Shown here in pieces: positions 36,049 to 46,547 of a stretch of DNA of 64,000 nt. The position numbers and the translations under genes were made by a program. Numbering within the stretch: the stretch's first letter is position 1; each line of letters opens with the position of its first letter. The DNA comes from an uncultured Saprospiraceae bacterium (lineage in GTDB: Bacteria; Bacteroidota; Bacteroidia; Chitinophagales; Saprospiraceae), in assembly GCA_964646645.1 (NCBI GenBank), contig CAZYHJ010000006.1, forward strand, positions 4,717 to 68,716. Direction: 5' to 3'. Below the pieces are notes generated by a model. That model made no database searches. It saw only the letters and a program-made list of their open reading frames with translations, and was not told the DNA's origin.

Positions 36049-36916
36049 ACTTCTCCTGGAATTTTCGCTTGATATAGAAGCTGATATTGTTCAGTATAAA
36101 AGTCAATACAAACAATGCGATCCCTGCGGCAAAAATGGTCTGGTACTCCAGCGATCCCTGCACCACATCGCCAAGGCTAACCTGAACGATGTAGGTGGTG
36201 ATCGTTTCCACAGGCACGAAGGGGTTGAAAGTAAGTCTGGGTTGTTGTCCTGCAGCTATAGCAACAATCATCGTTTCGCCTACGGCCCTGGAGATAGCCA
36301 GAATCACCGAAACAATGATGCCGGAGGATGCGGCCGGAACCAATACCTTAAATGAGGTCTGAAATCTGGTGGCACCAATGCCATATGAAGCTTCCCTTAG
36401 TGAAGTAGGCACTGCATAAAGCGCATCCTCACTCAATGATGAAATCATCGGGATGATCATAATACCCATGACAATACCCGGAGAAAGTGCATTGAAACCA
36501 GCCATATCAGGAAAGAACTGCTGGAAAAATGGCGTAATCACCATTAAAGCAAAAAAACCATACACCACAGTAGGAATCGCGGCAAGGATTTCCAGGATTG
36601 GCTTTAGGGTCTTTCGAAACCCTTTTGGTGCATATTCATTCAGATAAACCGCGATGGACAATCCAATAGGAAGGGCCACAAGGACGGCTATAAATGAGGT
36701 CAGCAGCGTGCCGGTCACGAGCGGTAGTATCCCAAAGTGCTTGTCCGCAAACAGCGGCGTCCATTGGGTGTCAAATAAAAAATCCGTAAGAGGGACCTTG
36801 GTAAAAAAAACTGACGACTCAGAAATTAACACATAAAGGATACCCAGTGTGGTCAGGATACTGACTGCAGCACACATGAGCAATAAACCCTCTATGATTT
36901 TCTCTTTAAATCGCAT
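36041..36916 (-). CDS. pstC: phosphate ABC transporter permease PstC
   Basis: Permease with [14 protein letters not shown] loop; overlaps the pstA start. Confidence 0.9.
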   Translation of the reverse strand: MRFKEKIIEGLLLMCAAVSILTTLGILYVLISESSVFFTKVPLTDFLFDTQWTPLFADKHFGILPLVTGTLLTSFIAVLVALPIGLSIAVYLNEYAPKGFRKTLKPILEILAAIPTVVYGFFALMVITPFFQQFFPDMAGFNALSPGIVMGIMIIPMISSLSEDALYAVPTSLREASYGIGATRFQTSFKVLVPAASSGIIVSVILAISRAVGETMIVAIAAGQQPRLTFNPFVPVETITTYIVQVSLGDVVQGSLEYQTIFAAGIALFVLTFILNNISFYIKRKFQEKYE

Positions 36917-36973
36917 ATATAAAACAAGTACATACGGGATGCAAAATCAATCCATCCCGTATGATGTATTAGG

Positions 36974-37936
36974 TTATTCCGCAGGATGTGAAGCCATAAA
37001 TTCACTCCACTTTGCTTTGACCGCGGTCGTTTCTTCTTCTGTTTGAGGGATAAAACCAACTTCTTCCGCCAGGCCATTTGCATTGTCGAGGTAATAGCTC
37101 ACAAACGACTGTACTTCCTTGCGCTTTGCAGCCAGGCTGTTGATATAGATATATAACGGACGTCCCAGCGGAGCATAGGTTTTGTTCTTCACCGTCTCTA
37201 CGCTAGGCAATATTGGTCCGTCACCATTTTCTGGTTTTTCATCATTGATACCGATGACTTTGAGCTTATCCTTATTTTCTTCAAAATAAGCAAGACCAAA
37301 AAAGCCAAGAGAATACTTGTCAGAAGCAACACCCTGAACAAGTACGTTGTCATCCTCACTGGCTGTGAAGTCACCCCGGCTGGAATGGCTCTTTCCTACC
37401 ACGGCTTCCGTGAAGTAGTCATACGTACCGCTTTCTACGCCGGCACCGAACAAGTGGATTTCTTCATTTGGCCATTCCGGACGGATCTGGTTCCATTTTG
37501 TGATCTTACCCTGTGCTTCCGGTTCCCAGAGTTTCTTGAGTTCAGATACGGTAATATCATTGCACCAATCGTTTTTAGGATTGACCACGACGGCCATGCC
37601 ATCATAAGCTACGATCAACTCTACATAACTTACATTATTGGCTTTGGCAATGCTGTCTTCTGCGCTTTTGATCGGACGGGATGCATCATTGATATCGCTT
37701 TCACCACGTCCGAATTTTTTAAAACCGCCGCCTGTGCCGGAAAGGGCCACGGAGACTTTTACGCCAGGCTGGGTTTTTTGATATTCTTCGGCTACGGCTT
37801 CAGTGATCGGAAATACAGTGCTGGACCCATCGATATTAATGGTGCCGCTGAGGCCACCACTTGTGTCCGTATTTTTTTGACCACATGACATGATCAGTAG
37901 GGCAAAGAGGGAGAGCAGGAAGGATTGAACAGACAT
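36974..37936 (-). CDS. pstS: phosphate ABC transporter substrate-binding lipoprotein
   Basis: Signal plus Cys (IMSCGQ); PBP-like [16 protein letters not shown] and GTGGGFKKF. Confidence 0.9.
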   Translation of the reverse strand: MSVQSFLLSLFALLIMSCGQKNTDTSGGLSGTINIDGSSTVFPITEAVAEEYQKTQPGVKVSVALSGTGGGFKKFGRGESDINDASRPIKSAEDSIAKANNVSYVELIVAYDGMAVVVNPKNDWCNDITVSELKKLWEPEAQGKITKWNQIRPEWPNEEIHLFGAGVESGTYDYFTEAVVGKSHSSRGDFTASEDDNVLVQGVASDKYSLGFFGLAYFEENKDKLKVIGINDEKPENGDGPILPSVETVKNKTYAPLGRPLYIYINSLAAKRKEVQSFVSYYLDNANGLAEEVGFIPQTEEETTAVKAKWSEFMASHPAE

Positions 37937-38373
37937 AGTTGAAGGGATAAAGTTGAAAATTAAAAAGAGGCAATATCAGGAGACCAATAATCTATGGTGA
38001 ATTTCGCCGCAAAAGTACCCAGATTACCTGCCTTAATGAAGTTCCAATGTTAATTCATCGTAAACAAATCACAGGAGGCATTAATATATGGTTGTCTGGG
38101 ATGTCAGAATCGCAGAAGTAATACTGACAAGGTATACTGCCAGTTCCTCCTGAAAGGAAGTCCGTTAATAGTCTCAATATTGATAATTAATATTATATAC
38201 ATTTTATATTAATATCATATAAATGTTTTCCAAAGGGTTCCGTTAGCGTCTGGCACCTGGACCACAGAAAGATTGAAATTTTAAAAAGTGACCTGTTTTT
38301 ATTAAATTTATGGGATTGGAGGGCGGTTTGCACTCCGATTTTGAATCAATAACCAAACGAAACACACCATTCT

Positions 38374-39333
38374 ATGAAAAAAGTACTCAAAGTACTGGGT
38401 ATCCTTATTGGGGTACTGGTACTCCTTGGAGCTGCTGGAGCAGCCTACATTCAATTTAACGGAATTCCTTCCTATGAGGTACAAGCTATTGACCTCAAAG
38501 TAACTCCGGACAGTACCATGTTAGCTGAAGGAAAACGCCTGGCCACGCTGGTATGTAATCAGTGTCACATGGCACCAAGCGGAAAACTTGAAGGTAACAG
38601 GATGCCTGATCTTCCGCCTCAGTTTGGAGAGGCCTGGTCAGCCAATATTACCCAGGATGAACAATACGGAGCAGGAAGATATTCTGATGGTGAGTTAGCT
38701 TATTTACTGCGAACAGGAATAAAAAGGGACGGCAACTATGCTCCGCCCTGGATGCCTAAGTTCCCTCATTTATCTGACTATGATCTGCACAGTATCATCG
38801 CCTACCTTCGTTCAGATGCGCCGGAACTTGAAGCGGTCAATAAGCCACAACGGCCAAGCGAACCAACTTTTTTCGCAAAGTTTTTATGTTATGTCGCTTT
38901 CAAACCCTTGCCATATCCAGATGCAGCAATCACTGCCCCTCCAAAAGAGGATAAAGTGGCTTTTGGCAAATATATCAGTACAGGTAAAGTGGAGTGCTTT
39001 GGCTGCCATAGTCCAAGTTTTGAAACCATGAACATTTTTGAGCCGGAAAAAACACCTGGATATTTCAGCGGAGGAAACGCGATGCGGGACATGGAAGGCA
39101 AAACTATTTTGACCCGTAATCTCACTCCGGATCCTACTACAGGGATTGGTGGGTGGACAGAAGAGCAATTTATCAAGGCCGTAAAATATGGTCAGCGGGA
39201 TGGCAAACCTGCCTTAAGATATCCTATGAATCCATATGCGGCCCTGACGGATGAGGAAGTGGCTGCGATTTTCGCGTACCTGCAGACGATTCCACCGATT
39301 GTCCATAATGTTGATGCTATCGTGGTCAAATAA
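38374..39333 (+). CDS. membrane-anchored dihaem c-type cytochrome
   Basis: N-terminal TM helix; two CxxCH motifs (CNQCH, CFGCH). Confidence 0.8.
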   Translation: MKKVLKVLGILIGVLVLLGAAGAAYIQFNGIPSYEVQAIDLKVTPDSTMLAEGKRLATLVCNQCHMAPSGKLEGNRMPDLPPQFGEAWSANITQDEQYGAGRYSDGELAYLLRTGIKRDGNYAPPWMPKFPHLSDYDLHSIIAYLRSDAPELEAVNKPQRPSEPTFFAKFLCYVAFKPLPYPDAAITAPPKEDKVAFGKYISTGKVECFGCHSPSFETMNIFEPEKTPGYFSGGNAMRDMEGKTILTRNLTPDPTTGIGGWTEEQFIKAVKYGQRDGKPALRYPMNPYAALTDEEVAAIFAYLQTIPPIVHNVDAIVVK

Positions 39334-39366
39334 ACCCCGAAAATGAAATTCCAGGACCTGGGATAC

Positions 39367-39846
39367 CTACTGATTTAAAAACCAGATGGCGGCATTTAAT
39401 ACGGTCGCAAAACTGACCCATGCCAGGTATGGGAGTTGGAGGTATGCAGCTGGTCTGGATAGTTTTCTGAAAACAAGGATCATAAAGAGAATCATGATCC
39501 AAAGGACCACGATATTGATTAAGGCAAAAAATGGAGATTGAAAGTTGAAAAACACAAAACTCCAGCTGATGTTAAAAGCAAATTGAATTAAAAAAATCAG
39601 TACTGCCTTTTTTCGGGATGGTGTGGAAGGAGTTTGCAGGATAAGATATAAACTCATTCCCATCAAAAGGTATAATAGGGTCCACACCGGACCAAATATT
39701 GTATTGGGCGGATTAAAGGAGGGTTTAATCAGCGAAGCGTACCAGCCACTAATGCTTTCTGCGCTGGCATATCCTGCCAGTGCTCCTAGTATCACCGGGC
39801 CAGCTAAACAAAGAAACAGCTGCCCCCATTTGATCGACTTATCCAT
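39367..39846 (-). CDS. tspO: TspO/MBR family tryptophan-rich sensory protein
   Basis: 159 aa, 5 TM: WYASLIKPSFNPPNTIFGPVWTLLY, Trp-rich. Confidence 0.85.
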   Translation of the reverse strand: MDKSIKWGQLFLCLAGPVILGALAGYASAESISGWYASLIKPSFNPPNTIFGPVWTLLYLLMGMSLYLILQTPSTPSRKKAVLIFLIQFAFNISWSFVFFNFQSPFFALINIVVLWIMILFMILVFRKLSRPAAYLQLPYLAWVSFATVLNAAIWFLNQ

Positions 39847-39870
39847 ATGTTGAAAGTAACAAGTGAGCGT

Positions 39871-40569
39871 TTAGGTTTTTAATCGTGATATTCCCCCATC
39901 TACATGGATGACTTGTCCGGTGATCCAACCTGATTTTTCAGAAAGCAGGAAAGCAGCCATGTGTGCTATATCCTGAGGAGTCCCGATCCGTTTTAAAGGA
40001 TGCCTTTGCGCATTGGCATTGCGTTTATCTTCTGTATTCAATAATGAGGCAGCAAGGGGCGTATCGGTAAGGGATGGAGCAATACAATTGACCCGTATTG
40101 TTGGAGCCAACTCGGCAGCAAGTGCCCTGGTGAGTCCCTCCAACGCCCCTTTTGATGAAGAAACCATGGAATGAAACGGTAAGCCGGTATCCACTGCCGC
40201 AGTCGAAAATAAAACCACTGATGGGTTTGCACCTTTTTTTAACGCAGGTAAGGCAGCCTGAAGCGCCTTTATGGCGCCAACGACCTGCAAGCGATAGTCC
40301 TCCAGGAAAGCATCCGCACTGATCCGATGAAATGGTTTTAACGTGATGGTCCCCGGGCAATAAACAATGCCGTCCAGCGATTCAGGAATAAACGTGAAAT
40401 CAGGTTGGTCGTCAAGCACATTGCAGGAATGAAAGTTTAGATTCGTTTCATCGGCAATATCCACTTTTCTATTTCTGGTGCCGATGACTGTATGACCTTC
40501 CGCGGCTAGAAGTCTGGCAGTCTCCAGGCCAATGCCTGAGGATGCGCCTATGATAAGAATGACTGACAT
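39871..40569 (-). CDS. short-chain dehydrogenase/reductase family protein (atypical catalytic motif)
   Basis: GASSGIG cofactor motif. The YxxxK position reads VSSSK (Tyr replaced by Val). Start taken at MSVILIIGASS. Confidence 0.78.
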   Translation of the reverse strand: MSVILIIGASSGIGLETARLLAAEGHTVIGTRNRKVDIADETNLNFHSCNVLDDQPDFTFIPESLDGIVYCPGTITLKPFHRISADAFLEDYRLQVVGAIKALQAALPALKKGANPSVVLFSTAAVDTGLPFHSMVSSSKGALEGLTRALAAELAPTIRVNCIAPSLTDTPLAASLLNTEDKRNANAQRHPLKRIGTPQDIAHMAAFLLSEKSGWITGQVIHVDGGISRLKT

Positions 40570-40645
40570 GGCCATCCTAACAATAGGAAGCGTCAAAAGT
40601 TGAAACCTCCAAGTACTACTATACTAAGCCCGAATACCTGATTTC

Positions 40646-41356
40646 CTAGGCTTTTTTCGTTTTCACCGTTTTCATCTGAATGAAGTCCACGAAGAAAGAA
40701 AAAGCCATGGAGAAATAAATATATCCTTTTGGAATGTGGAAGTCAAGCCCTTCACCGATCAGGGAGATACCAATGATCAGCAGGAAGCACAAGGCCAGTA
40801 TTTTAAACGAAGGATGTTTTGAAATAAACTCACTGATGGGCTTAGAGGCAAACAGCATGATCCCAACAGAAATGACCACCGCAGTATACATGATCCAAAG
40901 CTGGTCCACCATCCCTACGGCAGTGATAATGGAATCAATGGAGAAAACGATATCAAGCAGGAGGATCTGGATCAGCATGTCTTTAAATGTTACTTTCTTC
41001 CTTTTAGCGGCGTCTTCGTAGTCATGATGAACTTCCTCTGATTTCAGATAGATTTCTCTTGTGCTTTTATAGATCAGAAACAATCCCCCTGCCAGCAGGA
41101 TAATATCCTTGCCGGAAATATCAATATCCATGATATTGAAGAGTGAGTTGTCCAGTTTCATGATCCAGGAGATAAGGGCAAGCAAAATCAATCGCATGAT
41201 CATGGCCAGTCCAATACCCAATTTTCGGAGTTTATCCCGCTGCTCCGGAGGCAATTTATCGGCTAGAATGGATATGAAAATCACGTTATCGATTCCCAGG
41301 ATAATCTCAAGGAACACAAGGGTAATCAGGGGTAGAATAAATTGAGTAATATCCAT
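40646..41356 (-). CDS. TerC family integral membrane protein
   Basis: 236 aa: LEIILGIDNVIFISI and LLDIVFSIDSIITAVG, the duplicated TerC motifs. Confidence 0.85.
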   Translation of the reverse strand: MDITQFILPLITLVFLEIILGIDNVIFISILADKLPPEQRDKLRKLGIGLAMIMRLILLALISWIMKLDNSLFNIMDIDISGKDIILLAGGLFLIYKSTREIYLKSEEVHHDYEDAAKRKKVTFKDMLIQILLLDIVFSIDSIITAVGMVDQLWIMYTAVVISVGIMLFASKPISEFISKHPSFKILALCFLLIIGISLIGEGLDFHIPKGYIYFSMAFSFFVDFIQMKTVKTKKA

Positions 41357-41459
41357 GGAGCAGTTTTTCTTTTGTTTTAGTCTGGAATTGAAACAGGGTC
41401 GCTTGTCCCATACTCCAAACAGGGGTGAAAAATATTACTTTTCCTGTAGATGATCCCTC

Positions 41460-41495
41460 AAAAAGAAAAGGTGTACCCCTCAACAGGATACACCC
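41460..41495 (-). terminator. terminator after META-domain gene
   Basis: Minus strand: ggugUAUCC-loop-GGGUAcacc 9-bp stem followed by uuuucuuuuu. Confidence 0.55.
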
Positions 41496-41515
41496 TTCCT
41501 ACTTGATTCGGGAGA

Positions 41516-41992
41516 TTAGTTTTGGACGGCTTCGAATCTGAACATCGGCGCCATTTTTGCTTTTTGGAGGGTCATCTGGTTGCCATTGATCGAATAGTTG
41601 TCCATCATTGACAGGCTCCTGCCCATTTCCTGTTCTATGGCGACATCAGGACAAGCCATCAGGGTCGTGCCGATTCCGGAAAACCTGACTCGATTTCCTT
41701 CTGTGAGTTCGTACTGACCGATAAGTTGATTACATCCTGTGTTTCCGACCAGTTTATTGCTGTCCTGAAACATGATATAGGCTTCCTTTTGGTTGGAGGG
41801 AGGATTGGTTACAGGTTGCCCGTTCAACTCGATGAGTTTCCAGTGCGTATTCGTGATGCCGGTTTCAACAGGCGCTGCGGTAGCGGCCGCTGCTGCCGGA
41901 GCAGTAGTCTCGGGTTGATTATTGGAAGAAGGGGATTGACAGCTCGTCAGGAATAGGATTCCGGCAGAGCAGATGATGAGAAAGTTTTTCAT
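41516..41992 (-). CDS. META domain (HslJ-like) lipoprotein
   Basis: Lipobox LTSC, Ala/Pro linker, then WKLIELNGQPV...GCNQLIGQYEL...TLMAC; typical META. Confidence 0.7.
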   Translation of the reverse strand: MKNFLIICSAGILFLTSCQSPSSNNQPETTAPAAAAATAAPVETGITNTHWKLIELNGQPVTNPPSNQKEAYIMFQDSNKLVGNTGCNQLIGQYELTEGNRVRFSGIGTTLMACPDVAIEQEMGRSLSMMDNYSINGNQMTLQKAKMAPMFRFEAVQN

Positions 41993-42012
41993 ATTAAAAG
42001 TTGGTTTGTTGA

Positions 42013-42480
42013 CTATTGTTTTGCCAGGATATACTTGTCTGCGAGTCCACCCGTAATCCTGTTACCGGACATGTCGAGCTGGATGACCTGATTTTCACCC
42101 ACAAAATACTGGGTTGGTGCATTTTCAATATTGCCCAGGATTACCGTATTGCCGGCGGGATTCCATGTAAATGAACCTGTTTTTTCGATGGCCTGAGCAT
42201 CCGGTTTGCCGAGGTAATTGGTCCGTAGCAAATAGGTGTTATCACTATTCAGGATGAGAACGGTTTCAATACCTTCACAATCCGCGCATGGTACCACGCC
42301 TTTGTACATGCCCGCCCAGTCAAGGGCATTTTGTGACGAATGGGCTTTGTCTGCCATCAGGGTATCTGCTCCCTGGGTTGCAGCATCAGCAGCTGCAGAG
42401 GAAGTATCGGCGGTGCCTTTTGTGCCGCAGGCGGCAAGGAATAAGGCAGCAAGAATGGGGAGGAAGAGTGTTTTATTCAT
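42013..42480 (-). CDS. NlpE N-terminal domain-like (copper resistance) lipoprotein
   Basis: Lipobox LAAC; YKGVVPCADCEGIETVLILNSDNTY matches the NlpE_N CxxC region. Confidence 0.7.
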   Translation of the reverse strand: MNKTLFLPILAALFLAACGTKGTADTSSAAADAATQGADTLMADKAHSSQNALDWAGMYKGVVPCADCEGIETVLILNSDNTYLLRTNYLGKPDAQAIEKTGSFTWNPAGNTVILGNIENAPTQYFVGENQVIQLDMSGNRITGGLADKYILAKQ

Positions 42481-42685
42481 GGTTAAGTTTTTTAAAATAA
42501 GTTCTGTGCAATAACAAGGAAGAAAAGCCTTTGTTCAGCAGCCGAAATGTCTCAGGTAACACATTATAAATGCCAGAAGGCAGACGATCTGAGAAAACAA
42601 AAGTAAATCACCTGGCCCAACAACTAAATTAGGGGCCGTCTCAATACTCCTATCTTTGTCCCGGGAAAAATATCCCATCTTGCAC

Positions 42686-43669
42686 CGCATGATCAAAGAC
42701 ACCTTCGGACGCGTCCATGATTATCTGAGAATCTCTCTCACAGACGCCTGCAATTTTCGGTGTACCTACTGTATGCCGGAGGAGGAGATGCATTTCAAGG
42801 CTTCTCCGCTCCTGATGCAGCCAGAGGAAATCGAGGCGATAGCGGGCCTCTTTGTGCGCTGGGGTGTCAGGAAAATAAGGTTGACAGGAGGAGAACCCCT
42901 TGTGCGCAAAGAAGCGGCAGATATCATCAGACGGTTATCCAGGTACCCGGTCGAACTCACCCTGACCACGAATGGAGCTAAGGTGGATGAATTTGTGGAA
43001 TTGTTTCACTCCGTTGGTATTCGTTCCCTGAACATCAGCCTGGACACCCTGAAGGAAGACCGGTTCCTGGCAATGACCCGCAGGCCCTTGTTCCAAAAGG
43101 TCTGGGATAATATCCAGCTCATGATCCGGGAAGGTTTTCATGTCAAAGTCAATGCAGTCATGATGCATGGCGTCAATGATGATGAGATCCTTGATTTTGT
43201 AGCCTGGACTAAAGAGCAACCCGTGCATGTGAGGTTTATCGAATTCATGCCGTTTACCGGTAATCATTGGGAAAATAAGCGGGTGATCAGTTATCAGGAA
43301 ATCATCAATACGGTCGCGGAACAGTATGATATCATGAAACTCAGGGATGATCACCACGATACTTCCAAAAAGTTTATGGTATACAACCATGCGGGTACAT
43401 TTTCAGTGATCAGCACGATGACGGCTCCTTTTTGCCAGGGCTGCAACCGCATGCGACTGACCGCGGACGGAAAGATGAAGAACTGCTTATTTTCAAAAGG
43501 GGAGGTGGATTTGCTCAGCGCATTCCGGAACGGCGAGGACATCGAACCATTGGTCAGGCAGTGTGTATTGGAAAAGGAAGAGGCCCTGGGCGGGCAATTT
43601 GCTCCGGATGTTGAAAGGGTTGATCCCGATCTTCTGACCAACAGGAGCATGATTCGAATCGGGGGTTAA
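42686..43669 (+). CDS. moaA: GTP 3',8-cyclase MoaA
   Basis: Radical-SAM CNFRCTYC, C-terminal CQGCNRMRLTADGKMKNCLF cluster, ends IGG. First ATG is at 42686 (the listed start is TTG). Confidence 0.95.
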   Translation, partial: RMIKDTFGRVHDYLRISLTDACNFRCTYCMPEEEMHFKASPLLMQPEEIEAIAGLFVRWGVRKIRLTGGEPLVRKEAADIIRRLSRYPVELTLTTNGAKVDEFVELFHSVGIRSLNISLDTLKEDRFLAMTRRPLFQKVWDNIQLMIREGFHVKVNAVMMHGVNDDEILDFVAWTKEQPVHVRFIEFMPFTGNHWENKRVISYQEIINTVAEQYDIMKLRDDHHDTSKKFMVYNHAGTFSVISTMTAPFCQGCNRMRLTADGKMKNCLFSKGEVDLLSAFRNGEDIEPLVRQCVLEKEEALGGQFAPDVERVDPDLLTNRSMIRIGG

Positions 43670-43716
43670 GTAAGTTGTGTTACCATTCCATAGCTTAGCA
43701 TCCCAATCCAAACCCG

Positions 43717-44892
43717 ATGATATCCGTTGACGAAGCCAGGAAATTGATTGCGGACAAATGTAAACGTCTGCAGCCCGAGTATATCCCGCTTGTTAAAGCT
43801 GTGGGTTATGTGCTCGCTGAGGATATCTATTGTACGGTGGATACTCCGCCTTTTGACCAGGCTGCTGTGGATGGCTATGCTTTCTCTTTTGCCGGTTGGG
43901 ATAAAAATCAACCGCTGACAATAGATGGTCAAATTCAAGCCGGGAGCAGTGCCGGTCATCCCATTCCTCAGCAACATGCCGTAAAAATATTTACCGGCGC
44001 TCCGATTCCGCCAGGAACAGATACTGTCGTCATGGTGGAAAAAACTGAGCGGACTGATGATACCGTTCTTATCAATGATCCACAGATCATCCGGGGAGCA
44101 AACGTTCGACTGAAAGGGTCGCAAACGCGTATAGGGGAGAAAGCACTTTCAGCCGGTCATAACATGAATCCGGCTTCAGTTTCATTTCTCGCCAGCCTGG
44201 GCATCGGGAGTGTCAATGTATATGCCCGACCTAAGGTCAGAATTATTGTTACCGGTAATGAACTGGTGCCTCCGGGAGTACCGCTGAAGGATGGGAAGAT
44301 TTATGAGTCGAATTCAGCAGGATTGATTGCTGCCTTAAAAGTCGCGGGCATCAAACCACTATCTGTGGAGGTCATTGATGATCAGGAATCGGCCATCATG
44401 CATGCCATCAACCGGTCATCTGACGCGAATATTTTGATTCTTACAGGTGGGGCCTCCGTCGGGGATTACGATTTTGTACCCTCGGCATTGACAAAATGTG
44501 GTGTGCTGAAGATCTTTCATAAAGTAAAACAAAAGCCTGGTAAACCTTTATTCTTTGGCATGGAAGATGATTTGTTGGCCTTTGGTTTGCCGGGCAACCC
44601 TGCGGCTGTCCTGACTTGTTTCTACGAGTACATCCTTCCGGTGATTGCCGTCATGTCGGGTATAAAACCATTCGAAAAGACTACCGCTGTATTGGAAAAC
44701 GGAGCAAGGAAAAAAGGTGGGTTGACTTATTTTCTGAAAGGCAGGTATACAGATGGTCGGGTCACCATTCTTGAAAGCCAGGAAAGTTATTTGATGAATT
44801 CCTTTGCACACGCGAATTGCCTGATAGAACTTGAGGAGGACCGGGAGGCTTATGATGCCGGTGAGACAGTGAAAATCCTTCCGTTTCAATAA
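43717..44892 (+). CDS. moeA: molybdopterin molybdotransferase MoeA
   Basis: 391 aa with MoeA_N/MoCF_biosynth/MoeA_C layout (AAVDGYAF, ILTGGASVGDYDF, GLPGNPAA). Confidence 0.9.
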   Translation: MISVDEARKLIADKCKRLQPEYIPLVKAVGYVLAEDIYCTVDTPPFDQAAVDGYAFSFAGWDKNQPLTIDGQIQAGSSAGHPIPQQHAVKIFTGAPIPPGTDTVVMVEKTERTDDTVLINDPQIIRGANVRLKGSQTRIGEKALSAGHNMNPASVSFLASLGIGSVNVYARPKVRIIVTGNELVPPGVPLKDGKIYESNSAGLIAALKVAGIKPLSVEVIDDQESAIMHAINRSSDANILILTGGASVGDYDFVPSALTKCGVLKIFHKVKQKPGKPLFFGMEDDLLAFGLPGNPAAVLTCFYEYILPVIAVMSGIKPFEKTTAVLENGARKKGGLTYFLKGRYTDGRVTILESQESYLMNSFAHANCLIELEEDREAYDAGETVKILPFQ

Positions 44893-44904
44893 GGAAAAGA
44901 TACT

Positions 44905-45639
44905 ATGGTTGTTCCAGATATCTTTTTCTATATCCTGTTGCCTGCTGTAGCTTTCTTATATGCCTCTGTCGGGCACGGAGGAGCGAGTGGTTATCTCGCC
45001 CTGATGGCTTTGTTTTCGTTTGCACCCGAGGTCATGCGTCCCACTGCTTTGGTGTTGAATGTGTTTGTTTCCCTGATCTCGTTTATTCAGTATTATCGGA
45101 ATGGATATTTCGAATGGCGTTTATTCTGGCCATTTGCATTGGCATCTGTTCCTGCAGCATTTTTGGGCGGACTGATCGTCATGGATGGAGAAATGTATAA
45201 GCGCATCCTGGGTGTGCTTTTGATTTTATCTGTTCTTCGTTTGGTAGGTTTTGGAAAAACTCAAATCAATTCCATTAAGCCTCCGCAATTATTAACAGCA
45301 CTTCTTATCGGTGGTGCTATTGGATTCTTGTCCGGACTCATCGGAATAGGTGGCGGTATCATCCTCAGCCCTGTAATTTTATTGTTGCATTGGGGCGATA
45401 TGAAACGGACCGCAGCGGTTTCTGCACTGTTCATCTTTGTCAATTCGCTCGCCGGGCTGGCGGGATTGTGGACGAAGGGATTTGAGATGACTTCTCAGAT
45501 GGTGTTGATGCTTGGACTGGCGGTGGGTGGTGGATTGCTTGGGGCCTGGCTCGGAGCGGGACGGATGGAGAATAGGCAATTGAAATGGATCCTCGCCGTG
45601 GTGCTTACGATTGCATCGGTGAAGCTTTTGTTGACGTGA
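44905..45639 (+). CDS. TauE/SafE family anion exporter-like membrane protein
   Basis: 244 aa, 7-8 TM, duplicated G-rich motifs (VGHGGASGY; IGIGGGIILSP). Confidence 0.85.
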   Translation: MVVPDIFFYILLPAVAFLYASVGHGGASGYLALMALFSFAPEVMRPTALVLNVFVSLISFIQYYRNGYFEWRLFWPFALASVPAAFLGGLIVMDGEMYKRILGVLLILSVLRLVGFGKTQINSIKPPQLLTALLIGGAIGFLSGLIGIGGGIILSPVILLLHWGDMKRTAAVSALFIFVNSLAGLAGLWTKGFEMTSQMVLMLGLAVGGGLLGAWLGAGRMENRQLKWILAVVLTIASVKLLLT

Positions 45640-45748
45640 GTCGTGAGTCGTGAGTCGTGAGACGTGAGTCGTGAGTAAACTGCCTGATTCCTATCTCCTG
45701 ATTCCTACCTTTTTCCGCCCTTCCGCCCTTTTCCCTTACTTTACATCC
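45634..45748. repeat. heptamer array (cgtgagt)x6 plus ctgattcct and ccgccctt words
   Basis: The first unit contains the tauE stop TGA (45637-45639). 45687-45707 is identical to 4761-4781. Confidence 0.85.
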
Positions 45749-45988
45749 ATGAATTCCACCATTGAAATTCTCGCATTTGGGCAGATACTTGATATTATCG
45801 GGCAGAAAACACTGAACGTGGAGTATACTGATGATACGGATCAGTTGACTGCCACGCTGATAGAAAAATTTCCATCACTCGCCAAAGCAGAATATCGGAT
45901 GGCTGTTAATATGGAAATCATTCGTGGCAATGTGAAATTGAATCCGGGGGATGTGGTGGCATTACTGCCACCGTTTTCGGGGGGGTAG
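45749..45988 (+). CDS. moaD: molybdopterin synthase sulfur-carrier subunit MoaD
   Basis: 79 aa from MNSTIEILAFGQ, ThiS/MoaD fold pattern, C-terminal PPFSGG. Confidence 0.85.
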   Translation: MNSTIEILAFGQILDIIGQKTLNVEYTDDTDQLTATLIEKFPSLAKAEYRMAVNMEIIRGNVKLNPGDVVALLPPFSGG

Positions 45989-46064
45989 ATTCTTTTCGAA
46001 CAGGTTCGGATAAATTCCATTAATTTTAGATAAAAGAAGGGGTCGGCCTTCGAAGTATATTGGC

Positions 46065-46292
46065 ATGAAGAAGCAAATCAAGATCATCGTTGAAAAGCAT
46101 AAAGATGGCTTTGTAGCCTATCCGATTGGATTGAAAGGGGTAGTGGTTGCTCAAGGTAATTCCTACGACCAAGTCCTGACAGAGGTAAAATCAGCAATTG
46201 ATTTTCACATTGAAACCTTCGGCAAAGAAGTCTTTGAAGGAGAGGATATGATCATGGACGTATTTGTTGCCGAAACTCAGGTTGCTATGTGA
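46065..46292 (+). CDS. hicB: HicB-like antitoxin (UPF0150 type, no DNA-binding extension)
   Basis: 75 aa: IIVEKHKDGFVAYPIGLKGVVVAQGNSYDQVLTEVKSAIDFHIE. Confidence 0.8.
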   Translation: MKKQIKIIVEKHKDGFVAYPIGLKGVVVAQGNSYDQVLTEVKSAIDFHIETFGKEVFEGEDMIMDVFVAETQVAM

Positions 46293-46531
46293 TGCCCCGT
46301 TTTCCGCGTGATGCTCCCAAAGAAAAGGTTTTGAATGCCTTGAAAAGATTATCCTTTGTAATAGTAAGGGAGGGAAACCATATTGCCATGCGACGTATAA
46401 ATGCGGATGGCACATCAACGCCTCTTACCCTTCCAAACCATAACAGAATTAATGCCTCCACCCTACGGACCATTTTAAATCAATCTAACATATCCAGACA
46501 AGAGTTTTTGGAGGCATTTTACAATAAGTAA
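46292..46531 (+). CDS. hicA: HicA-like mRNA interferase toxin
   Basis: MPRFPRDAPKEKVLNALKRLSFVIVREGNHIAM...TLRTILNQSNISRQEFLEAF; the ATG overlaps the hicB stop (TGATG). Confidence 0.85.
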   Translation: MPRFPRDAPKEKVLNALKRLSFVIVREGNHIAMRRINADGTSTPLTLPNHNRINASTLRTILNQSNISRQEFLEAFYNK

Positions 46532-46547
46532 AGTACAAGGAGATGTC

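Noticed and set aside
37937-38373. Pho box(es) in the 437-nt pstS / cytochrome c divergent region
   Set aside because: TGTC repeats near 38093-38108 are spaced 9 nt apart, not the 11-nt periodicity of PhoB boxes. The AT-rich block at 38170-38225 is notable but has no defined motif. The PhoB-site consensus for this phylum is not known to me.
41357-41459. yybP-ykoY (Mn2+) riboswitch in the leader of the TerC-family gene
   Set aside because: The genomic context is right, since TerC/Alx genes often carry it. I saw only a weak GGAGTA-like match (ttggagtatggg) and no second conserved loop. Not callable without cmsearch (RF00080).
42481-42685. Moco riboswitch upstream of moaA
   Set aside because: I could not find the conserved Moco-motif blocks or a convincing multi-stem fold by eye. 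A covariance-model scan (Rfam RF01055) would be needed for a definitive answer.
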